Positions 29,638 to 38,289 of a stretch of 64,000 nt of DNA are shown one piece after another. Positions within the stretch are counted from its first letter, which is position 1. Each line of letters opens with the position of its first letter. Below the pieces are notes generated by a model, which saw nothing but the letters and a program-made list of their open reading frames with translations, ran no database searches and was not told where the DNA came from. A program made the translations under genes and the position numbers. Source of the stretch: Clostridia bacterium (lineage in GTDB: Bacteria > Bacillota > Clostridia > UMGS1883); contig JAZQAO010000027.1 in the NCBI GenBank assembly GCA_045545295.1, forward strand, positions 11,538 through 75,537, in the 5' to 3' direction.

Positions 29638-32055
29638 TTAGTTATTTTCTTCAAGTGCTTTAATAAGCTTGTTTGAATTAACAAGGATTTTTGCTGTTTC
29701 ACCACGGGTAATTGAATTAAGAGGTCTTACTGAATTATCCTCATAACCGTTTATAATTCCAAGCTCTGCAAGCGCACCAACAGAAGCTTTTGCATAATCT
29801 GAAATTTCGTCAGCGTCGGTAAATTCTTTATTTAAATCACCTGAGATTTTAAGAGCACGGCAGATAATTACCGCTGCGTCCTGTCTTGTTATGACAGCAT
29901 TTGGATTAAAGTTCTTTCCGTCTCCGTTTACAAGACCTGCACCGCTTGCTGCACCTATGTATGAATAAAACCAGTCATCGGATGTAACATCGTTAAAGGC
30001 TGCAGTAGATGCTGGAATATCAAGAAGCTCAACTATCATTTTTACAAATTCCGCACGGGTAACCGCCTTATCAGGTTTGAATGATCCGTCTTCGTAGCCT
30101 TTAATTATATTCAAGGCAGAAAGCTCTGTTATAAATTCCTTTGCCCAGTGGTTTTCTGTATCTGTAAAAACTACTTCTTTTACTTCTTCTTCAACTTCAG
30201 GGATAACTGCATCTTCGGGAGCTACCTGAGGAAGGTTTTCTTCTACAACCTTGTTGTCAGCTTCAACCTTGCTTCCTCCACCTTTATTTCCTCCTCCGAA
30301 GCTACCGCCTCCGCCGCCGGAGCCTCCGCCTACAGGCTTCTTCTCCTCTTCTGTTTCGGGAGTGTTTTCAAGGGATTCTAGATAAGCAGCTCGCACATCT
30401 TCAGGGAAATTGAAGTTTTTGTCATTAAGTGCACTGCATACAATATCCGGGTCTTTCTTTTCGGGATTAAGGTCTTCTTCCGTAAGAGAGAATACATTCT
30501 TATAAGTTAAAAGTGTATCGTGGATTTCACTTCTCTTTGCACAGTTAACACTTGCAACTGCGTTGATTTTTACAAGTCTTTCTTCAATATCGGCTTCGTA
30601 CACAACTGGTGTTTCGTATGTGTTCCAGATACGAACATATTCTGCCTGCATTTCTTCGGAAAGATTTTCTTTTTCTATATATTCAGCGTCATCAAGTAAG
30701 TCAATGACAGCTTCATTTTCTGCGTTAATTATTGCAAGCACCCTTTGACCACTGCGAAATGCTGTGCCGATAGATGCCAGGTCACTATAAGCCGTATTTT
30801 CACGGGCTTTAGCCATAAAATATTCTTTGTAAAATTCTTTGTTTTCTTCGTAAGAAGCAAATTCAGCTTCACTCAACACCATTGGAAGATATCCGTCAAG
30901 AGTTCCTGTAATTCCCTCTGTTTCGTCCTCGGGTGTTTCGGGATTATCTTCACCGGGAATTGCATTAAATTCACGAAGCATATTCTCCTCATCATCAAGA
31001 GATGCTATAAAAAGTCTTGAGGTACGCTGTGCTTCTTCTGTTGTGATATGGTCTGTTGACATAACCACTCTTGCCCATCCGCGTACACCGTCAGGAGTCG
31101 GTATGACAACTGTAAATGTACCGTCTTCATTCACCCTTACAGTTTCCTGTGCTACGGGAGTTGAAAGGTCTGTCTCCATATAAAGGTCAGCGTAAACATT
31201 CTGTGCAAAATAAGGCTCAACAGTGCCGTTTACGGTAATTTCACCCTTTGCAAGGTCAAATGACGGTGCATCGTATGTAAGATTAATTGTGTTTTCGTCA
31301 ATAGTTTCGTTTTTCACATAACTCATATTAAAGTTGTCTATGTAAAAGAGCTGATTTAAAATACTTGGTGATGCATATATTCTCATAAAGTCAAATGCAT
31401 CGTCTGTTGAAAATGATTTTGTTACATCAGGCTCCGCTGTGCCTGTAAGATAATACTGTGTAAGCTTGTCATTTGTATCTATAACAAATTTAACACTGTG
31501 CCACACATTGTATCCGGGGAGATTATAATAAGTACCGCCAACATCGAATTTAGGACGGTCTGTACCACCTGCAACACGGCTGAGCCACAGTCTTGCATTA
31601 AGAATTTCTGTTGCTGAACCTGCCGAGCTTGCACTGAAGGTTACAAAGCTTGTTCTTTCCTGTGTGTTGTTGTAGAGTTCATCACTACCTTCAATCGCTT
31701 CGCCATAGGGAACGTACATATCAAAAGAAATAGTGATAACACCCTTTACATCAGGACAAGCCGTTAAGAGAGAACGTGTTGTTCCGTTTGAAGTAGGTTT
31801 AAGCTCCATTCTTAAAACCTTGTTTTCACTGTCTGCGGGATCAGTGCCGATAAGAGGCAGCCATGAATCGTCAAATCCTCGGTCAGCATAGTCATCCCAC
31901 TTATCCCCGGATGTTCCGAAAGGAATAACACTGCCTTCCGTATATGAGTCAAAATCGTCTACAGTAAGGCTTGCGGGATAGCTGACATCCACTGCAAATG
32001 CAGATACGGACATAAGCATCATTGTTGCAATTATAAGTGATAGAATTTTTTTCAT
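29638..32055 (-). CDS. Surface protein with N-terminal lectin-like domain and three C-terminal SLH domains
   Basis: ATG at 32055 after GAGGT (MKKILSLII); FTDTENHWAK..GYEDGSFKPDKAVTRAEF, ITRQDAA, ITRGETA. Confidence 0.85.
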   Translation of the reverse strand: MKKILSLIIATMMLMSVSAFAVDVSYPASLTVDDFDSYTEGSVIPFGTSGDKWDDYADRGFDDSWLPLIGTDPADSENKVLRMELKPTSNGTTRSLLTACPDVKGVITISFDMYVPYGEAIEGSDELYNNTQERTSFVTFSASSAGSATEILNARLWLSRVAGGTDRPKFDVGGTYYNLPGYNVWHSVKFVIDTNDKLTQYYLTGTAEPDVTKSFSTDDAFDFMRIYASPSILNQLFYIDNFNMSYVKNETIDENTINLTYDAPSFDLAKGEITVNGTVEPYFAQNVYADLYMETDLSTPVAQETVRVNEDGTFTVVIPTPDGVRGWARVVMSTDHITTEEAQRTSRLFIASLDDEENMLREFNAIPGEDNPETPEDETEGITGTLDGYLPMVLSEAEFASYEENKEFYKEYFMAKARENTAYSDLASIGTAFRSGQRVLAIINAENEAVIDLLDDAEYIEKENLSEEMQAEYVRIWNTYETPVVYEADIEERLVKINAVASVNCAKRSEIHDTLLTYKNVFSLTEEDLNPEKKDPDIVCSALNDKNFNFPEDVRAAYLESLENTPETEEEKKPVGGGSGGGGGSFGGGNKGGGSKVEADNKVVEENLPQVAPEDAVIPEVEEEVKEVVFTDTENHWAKEFITELSALNIIKGYEDGSFKPDKAVTRAEFVKMIVELLDIPASTAAFNDVTSDDWFYSYIGAASGAGLVNGDGKNFNPNAVITRQDAAVIICRALKISGDLNKEFTDADEISDYAKASVGALAELGIINGYEDNSVRPLNSITRGETAKILVNSNKLIKALEENN

Positions 32056-32132
32056 AACGTATACCTCTTTTCGGGTTTGATTTTCGTGTGGGGATAAAAA
32101 ACATAGTTTTTTACCCCCACACACAATTTACA

Positions 32133-32368
32133 GGGGATAGGAAAAAATGATTCAGAACGGACAAACTGAACCCCTTAGGGGGGTACCCGAAGCTGTATGT
32201 GTATACAGCGAGAGGTGAAGTTTGTTCGTAGCAAAAAGGCTCAAAAAACAGAGAAAAATCGAATAAAATGAGATTTTTCAACAAAACACAAAAATTCTGC
32301 AAATCACAAACCTTCTACATTTCGTATTATCATCGCCTTTTTGTGTTGTGGACTTTTTTTACATCCCC
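32133..32368. mobile_element. Putative MITE-like non-coding element with imperfect terminal inverted repeats
   Basis: Ends GGGGATAGGAAAAAA and TTTTTTTACATCCCC; internal hairpins; a collapsed 44 bp form is at 38240..38283. Confidence 0.45.
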
Positions 32369-32381
32369 GTCCTGTAAAATT

Positions 32382-34415
32382 TTATTCTTCTACTTCCTCA
32401 TGTCCAAGATATCCGATTGATTCTGTAAGAGGAGTATCAAGCACGGGATTAAGATTTCCGAGTTCATCAATAATGAACATCTTCATCACTTTGCCGTAAG
32501 GAGAAATCTTGTGGTCAATTGTTGTTGCAGCATCAAGTGTTACAACCTTTGCAGAAAGCATTCTGAGATGCTCTGTTTCAATATCATTTTCACTGCCATA
32601 GATTGCGAAAATTGCAGTCTTTCCAACGTATTTGTATGCAACCTTTACATTCCAGATATATCCATATCTTACAGGAATGTATACATCACGATTTTCATAA
32701 CCGCTGAAGTTTTTGTACATAATCTGAATATCCCCTGCTTCGGGAGCTGCTTCGTTTACGATTTCCATATCGTCAATAAGAAGAACTGATTCAAGCATAC
32801 TTGTTGCCACTTTACTATCAGCGTGTCCGCGGAAACGGAATGCAGCAATAGCGGGAACAGAGTTTTCAAAGGGAATTGCGGTTGTTGTGAGGCATTCTCC
32901 ATCAAGGTAAAGCCAGAAAGTCTTTGTATCCATATCAATGTAAACCTTTACATCCTGCCACTGGTTTATATTAAGGTCACCTGCACCGACAAAGATTGAT
33001 CTTCCTGCTGCTGAGTTTACATTGTCGTAACCTATAACGTAAATTGAATTTGTTTCGTAGTTGAAGCCAAGGTCGAAAGCAACCTTTCTGCCGTTATTGT
33101 CGTCAATAACCTGCATATGATATTCGCTCTGTGTTTCAGACTTCATACGGAAAGAAATTGAAAGGTCATTTGCGCCTTTTGTTCTGTCGATGTACTGTGC
33201 AAGAAGGTTATTGTTTGCTGTTTCTGATTCAAGCTTGTTAAGCTTAAGAACTTTATTTGTGGGATTTACAAGGTCGTTTACATCCTCTGCAATTGTAAAG
33301 AGTGTGTTATTGTTATCAGGTGTAAACTTTGACCAGTTGTTGTAACCAGCCGCTGTTCCGAGGTCTGTTTCAAAGCTGTCAGCAAAAATTGTACCTGCCT
33401 TAAGAACCTTTACATCAAATGTACGTGTCTCGGTAGCATCACCGTATGTAACTGTTGCTGTAAGAGTTGCCTCTACTTCATTTGCCATAGGAACGATTTT
33501 GTTATCTACGATAAGTCCGTCAACATTGCTTTCCCAAGCGATTGTACTGCCGTTTGAACCTGTAGTCGGAAGCACTGTTTCGTCCTTAATTACAGAAGCA
33601 ACATCGATTGCATCAGCGTCAGCCTGTGCAGCATATTCAGCCGTAAACTGAACTACATTTACATTATCAACATATACAAGAGAGCTCTGAAGCTGGGGCT
33701 TCATGAAAAATTTAAAGTAGTCAAATGCATAAGTTGTTGAGAATGACTTTGTAGTATCTGGAGTAGATTTTCCTGTAAAGTAATACTCAACATTTTTTGA
33801 TTCTGTATCTATAACAAACTTGATAGGTGTCCATTCGTTATAGTTAATATCATAATAAGTGGGAGTTGTTCCAAGGCTGAATTTAGGATGTGCAGGATTA
33901 CCGCCACGATTAAGGTGGAGATAACATGTATCAAGGAAATCACTTGTTGCATCCTTTGTTGTAATCGCTTGGAGCTGGATTACCTTGTTTGTGTCTCTTA
34001 CCTGAAGAGAGGGATCGTTGTAAAGGATGTTTGATTCACCATAGGTTTCACCGCTAGGAACGTAAAGATCGAAAGAAATAATGATTTTACCTGTAGAATC
34101 TTCATTGTTTGTAATGATTGAAAGATTAGATGCGTCAGTTGTTGTGAGAGGCTTATCAAGTCTCAACACCCTGTTTGTGGGATCTTCAGGATCCTCGCCA
34201 ATAATGGGCTGCCATGTTGCGTCAGAAAATGCTCTGTTTGCATAGCTGCTCCACTTGTGTTCTGCACCCAGAGGAATTCTGTCACCGATTTGTTTGGTTG
34301 TGTAACCTTCAAAATCGTCTGTTGCAAGCTCCTCTGCACTTGCCATCATAGCAGGAAATACGGAAATTACCATACAAACTGCCATGATAAGGGTAAGTAA
34401 CCTTTTGAGTTTCAT
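32382..34415 (-). CDS. Secreted protein with two lectin/LamG-like domains and a bacterial Ig-like domain
   Basis: Signal peptide; LPTTGSNGSTIAWES..ATLTATVT Ig-like motif; N-domain similar to that of 29638..32055. Confidence 0.6.
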   Translation of the reverse strand: MKLKRLLTLIMAVCMVISVFPAMMASAEELATDDFEGYTTKQIGDRIPLGAEHKWSSYANRAFSDATWQPIIGEDPEDPTNRVLRLDKPLTTTDASNLSIITNNEDSTGKIIISFDLYVPSGETYGESNILYNDPSLQVRDTNKVIQLQAITTKDATSDFLDTCYLHLNRGGNPAHPKFSLGTTPTYYDINYNEWTPIKFVIDTESKNVEYYFTGKSTPDTTKSFSTTYAFDYFKFFMKPQLQSSLVYVDNVNVVQFTAEYAAQADADAIDVASVIKDETVLPTTGSNGSTIAWESNVDGLIVDNKIVPMANEVEATLTATVTYGDATETRTFDVKVLKAGTIFADSFETDLGTAAGYNNWSKFTPDNNNTLFTIAEDVNDLVNPTNKVLKLNKLESETANNNLLAQYIDRTKGANDLSISFRMKSETQSEYHMQVIDDNNGRKVAFDLGFNYETNSIYVIGYDNVNSAAGRSIFVGAGDLNINQWQDVKVYIDMDTKTFWLYLDGECLTTTAIPFENSVPAIAAFRFRGHADSKVATSMLESVLLIDDMEIVNEAAPEAGDIQIMYKNFSGYENRDVYIPVRYGYIWNVKVAYKYVGKTAIFAIYGSENDIETEHLRMLSAKVVTLDAATTIDHKISPYGKVMKMFIIDELGNLNPVLDTPLTESIGYLGHEEVEE

Positions 34416-34464
34416 AAAAATACCTCCTAAAAAATTTATTTAGTTTAATTAAATTAATTTAATT

Positions 34465-37194
34465 CTATTTAATCTGCCCGTCATAGAGCATTTTAAGGGA
34501 TGTGGGTGCAAACCGAAGTCGCATTGCAAGGGTTTTTCCAACATCGCCCTCACGATACTCAAGATTTGTTGCACAAAGGAACGCCTCTTTTGCTCTGTCG
34601 TAAAGGAGTCTGTCCCCCGTTCTCTGATAAACATTAAGAAGTCCCTCTATAATCTCCATACTGTTTGCCGGATAAGTATGGACATTGCGCATTTTCATAT
34701 AATCTGTGTACCAGAATCCCTTTGCCTCATCATCCCACATTTCATAACCGAGCCAATGAGCCAGTCCGTCCATAACCGAGAGCGCTTCTTTATCCCCTGA
34801 CATTTCGTAATAACGAAGCATTGCCGACATCAGAATTCCGCACATAAAAGGCTTACCGCCAAAAAGGAATTTACGGTCACACTCTGAAAAGTCAAGCATT
34901 CTTGTAAGTGCACCGGTTTCTTTAACCTGCTTATATAAAACTCTCTCCTTAAGGATTCGTGCAGCATTTATATAGTAGTTGTCGTGGGTAAGCTCATAAG
35001 CTGATGACATAACAAGCATTACCCAGGCAGGCTCACGCTCTGAATCGTAATCAAAGTCAGTACAATAATAATGTGCCAGAGTATCTGCACAGCGAAGCAC
35101 TGCTGTTTTAAACCTTTCCTCACCTGTTACCTTGTACCACTCTGTAAGTCCCTGTACAAACAAATGTCCTACATGGGTATTGAAGTCAGGCCATGAATCC
35201 TCCGGCACAGTATCACAGAAGAAGCTGTGGCCCGGAGTATGAAGATAGAAAAGACCTGAAAGCTTTTCATTGGAGTGAACACGGACAAAGTCAATCTCTT
35301 CCATATGCCTTGCACTCAGATAACCAAGCTCAGCAAATTTCTCATCCCCTGTCCTCAGATACTGCATAAGAGCACCGTAGGGCATATCGTATTCGTTATT
35401 TCCCCAGTTGATGCTTCTCTCACCAAACCAGTCACCGTAGTTGAACATTCCGTACTCCCGCTTTTTCTCACGCAGTGTCATAAGCAGGTTGTATCCGTCC
35501 TCTATAGCTTTGTCAAAACCCTTGGTATAGTCATTTGCGTTTATTATTTTGCCGAAGGCTTCACTTTCCTGAATTATTTCCGCATCGGGCGACATCAGGA
35601 GTGCTTTTGTAACAGCCCTTGCTGTATCACAATCCTTCGCAATTCCCATTACAAACAGCTTACGCATACCCATATGTAAACGGTAACAGGAATCCTCCAT
35701 ATAATAGATAAGCTGGCGCTTTTCTTCTTTGCTGTATTCCGAATAAATATTTTCATAAGACAGTGACGGCATATGTCCGATAACTGTTTTATCTTTCTTT
35801 ACATCTACCTCTGCAGGGTAATTCTGCCAGAAATCAGGAATATACAGTTTGTTCTCCCCAACATCCGCTATTCCTACACAGCGTTCCTTCCTGACTTCTC
35901 CGTTAATATCTGCATAAATGTCGTCAATCTGATAAATATGATTTTCCGCTTTATTTTCTGCAGAAAACTCTGTATAGAAATTTTCCACTTTCACCGTTCT
36001 CGGTTGTGTAAAGCTGTTTTCAATACCAAGAGCAAAAGAAACACCGTCAATCCCCTTAAAAAAGGTTGCCGTTTCCACAACAGTCAGCTTATCGTAAGGT
36101 GCGTCAAAGCTACCTTTTCTGAAAATTACCTTTTTTGCATTTCCCGAAAACTGAGTTTCCCATTCACCGAAAGCAGGAGAAAGCTTCTTCCCGTCAATTG
36201 TCACATATGTATTTTTATCGGGCAGCACGGTCTTAATTTCATTGAAATCGGGAGCTATGCCTGATGAAAAGTAATACCCACGTCCGTCGGGGATTATTAC
36301 AGCATCAATAGAAACCGTTCTGATACTTCCGTCTTCCCAGGTTGAGGTCACTTTCACATCGGCAGGATAAGAATTTCCGTTTTCGTCTTTAATTCCCGCA
36401 TTTTCAATATCTGTACATTCACCTTTGTTAAACGGAAAGAATGCCTTTGCCACACTTTTAATATCTGCGTTCTCACTATAAGAAAGCCTGTGGCAGAAAT
36501 CTTTTTTTATTGATTCTTTATCTTCTTCTCTTTCTGCCGTTTTTGTTAAACTTATTTCATTTCCTTCTCTGTCAGTGGCATAAACTGTATATTCGCCATC
36601 AAATTCTGCAGGAATGTCAATTTTGTGACAGTTACAGAATCCGTCTTCTTCGTAGGTTTCTCCACCACATAAAACGTTGCATACCGAGGCTTTTACTGTG
36701 GTAAATCTTACTTTGCCTTGCTTTGCAGTAAGATTTCTGATAGCGTTATCTTCAGGGAAAACCGGTGTGGTACTGAAATTTATTGAAGATACCGTTACAT
36801 TATCACCTTCAAGAACTCTTAAATAAATCCGCCTATGTCCGAAGAAAGGAATTTTTTCTTCAGAACAGAAAAGGTAAAAATTATCGTCTGTTTCAGCAAG
36901 TGTAAATTCACCGATAACTTCTCCGTCCAGTTCTGCCTGAAAACGCCTTGGCGTGCCACTCTCACTCTTTGTAGCCTGAACCTGAAAAGAAAGATACAAG
37001 TCCTTACCCCTGACAGGGCACCAGGCAAAGTCGCCTGTCTTCCCACCATTTAACAGATACGGAAATTTATATCCCATAATTTCAAGACGGAAGCCTTCAA
37101 AGCTAAGCTCCTGTGCCCAATGAACAAGACTCTCTCCGTCAAAGTTCCACTTTATTATTTCGGCACTTCCCGAAATGGATTTTAGGAATTTCAT
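34465..37194 (-). CDS. YetA/PcRGLX (PL26)-like exo-rhamnogalacturonan lyase family protein
   Basis: WEDGS, DFWQNYP, YGMFNYGDW, WGNNEYD motifs with helical C-terminus; no signal peptide. Confidence 0.65.
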   Translation of the reverse strand: MKFLKSISGSAEIIKWNFDGESLVHWAQELSFEGFRLEIMGYKFPYLLNGGKTGDFAWCPVRGKDLYLSFQVQATKSESGTPRRFQAELDGEVIGEFTLAETDDNFYLFCSEEKIPFFGHRRIYLRVLEGDNVTVSSINFSTTPVFPEDNAIRNLTAKQGKVRFTTVKASVCNVLCGGETYEEDGFCNCHKIDIPAEFDGEYTVYATDREGNEISLTKTAEREEDKESIKKDFCHRLSYSENADIKSVAKAFFPFNKGECTDIENAGIKDENGNSYPADVKVTSTWEDGSIRTVSIDAVIIPDGRGYYFSSGIAPDFNEIKTVLPDKNTYVTIDGKKLSPAFGEWETQFSGNAKKVIFRKGSFDAPYDKLTVVETATFFKGIDGVSFALGIENSFTQPRTVKVENFYTEFSAENKAENHIYQIDDIYADINGEVRKERCVGIADVGENKLYIPDFWQNYPAEVDVKKDKTVIGHMPSLSYENIYSEYSKEEKRQLIYYMEDSCYRLHMGMRKLFVMGIAKDCDTARAVTKALLMSPDAEIIQESEAFGKIINANDYTKGFDKAIEDGYNLLMTLREKKREYGMFNYGDWFGERSINWGNNEYDMPYGALMQYLRTGDEKFAELGYLSARHMEEIDFVRVHSNEKLSGLFYLHTPGHSFFCDTVPEDSWPDFNTHVGHLFVQGLTEWYKVTGEERFKTAVLRCADTLAHYYCTDFDYDSEREPAWVMLVMSSAYELTHDNYYINAARILKERVLYKQVKETGALTRMLDFSECDRKFLFGGKPFMCGILMSAMLRYYEMSGDKEALSVMDGLAHWLGYEMWDDEAKGFWYTDYMKMRNVHTYPANSMEIIEGLLNVYQRTGDRLLYDRAKEAFLCATNLEYREGDVGKTLAMRLRFAPTSLKMLYDGQIK

Positions 37195-37358
37195 AGCACA
37201 CCTCCTGTTTAATTATAACGTCTATTATCAGGCAATAATACAGGTAAATATTGCCTTTTGCGACAAAATAATTCTCTGCACCTAATTATAATTACACCTT
37301 TTTACATTGCCATTATAGCATTTATTTTTTTATTTGAGAATGAATAAAACAAAACTAC

Positions 37359-37387
37359 TTGACAGTTTCAAAACAAATATGTATTAT
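37359..37387 (+). promoter_or_regulatory. sigma-A type promoter for araC
   Basis: TTGACA (37359) - 17 bp - TATTAT (37382), followed by GGAGG and ATG at 37407. Confidence 0.6.
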
Positions 37388-37406
37388 AGGAATATGGAGG
37401 TGCACT

Positions 37407-38180
37407 ATGGAAAATTTTATGGATTATGATTTCGTTATAACGAAGATTTCACTGGCTTGTTATGCAGAACAGAAAAGAAAATGTTCAAATAACAACCGGC
37501 CGAGCCCGGGTATTTCATTTGCAGTTTCGGGACTAAAGGAGTTTGCATTTTCAGATGGGAATGTTTTTGATATAAAGGAAAATGACGTGATTTTTCTTCC
37601 AAAAAATTCCTCTTACACCGTTTCTCCGCAAATTCCCGGTGATTGCTATACAATAAATTTTGAGCTTGACAGTGACGTTGATTTTCCTCCTTTTGTGATA
37701 AAGCCAAAAAATTATAACGAGCTTTATAAGCGCTTTAAAAACGCAAAAAATTTATGGGAAAGAAAAGAACCCGGCTACATTACAAAATGTAAAGCCGAGC
37801 TTTATAACATTCTCTACACGCTTCAGCAGGAATATATTATGGGGTACCTTCCCCAAAGCAAGCACGCAATTATCATGCCTGCAGTAAAATACATTCATGC
37901 AAATTACACGACAGAATCATTAAGTATAGAATCTTTATCGGAAATGTGCGATATTACACCTGAATATTTCAGAAAAATATTCAAGAATTTTTACGGAGTT
38001 TCTCCATTAAAATACATAAACAATCTTAAAATAGAAAGAGCTACAGAACTTATAGAATCCGGCCTTCATTCCGTTTCGGAAGCAGCATTTCTTGCAGGAT
38101 ATACGGATATAAGTCATTTCAGCCGTGAATTCAAAAAAGCAACGGGATACTGTCCGACAGATTACCAAAATAAGATATAA
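37407..38180 (+). CDS. AraC family transcriptional regulator
   Basis: Cupin-like N-terminus; YFRKIFK..GVSP, GYTDISHFSREFKKATG HTH. Confidence 0.9.
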   Translation: MENFMDYDFVITKISLACYAEQKRKCSNNNRPSPGISFAVSGLKEFAFSDGNVFDIKENDVIFLPKNSSYTVSPQIPGDCYTINFELDSDVDFPPFVIKPKNYNELYKRFKNAKNLWERKEPGYITKCKAELYNILYTLQQEYIMGYLPQSKHAIIMPAVKYIHANYTTESLSIESLSEMCDITPEYFRKIFKNFYGVSPLKYINNLKIERATELIESGLHSVSEAAFLAGYTDISHFSREFKKATGYCPTDYQNKI

Positions 38181-38195
38181 AAACAGGTATAAGAA

Positions 38196-38232
38196 GTGGG
38201 GTGTAAAGAAGTTTGATTTCTTTACACCCCAC
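38196..38232. terminator. Palindrome between convergent genes, probable bidirectional terminator or REP-like repeat
   Basis: Perfect 15 bp stem GTGGGGTGTAAAGAA / TTCTTTACACCCCAC. Confidence 0.6.
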
Positions 38233-38289
38233 CTGTATTGGGGATAGGAAAAAATGCTTCAGAATGGACTTTTTTAACATCCCTATTTT

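Noticed and set aside
32111-32302. 63 aa ORF in the intergenic element, and the extended upstream start at 32124
   Set aside because: Lies within palindromic non-coding sequence; the true start is better placed at 32055 with an RBS and signal peptide.
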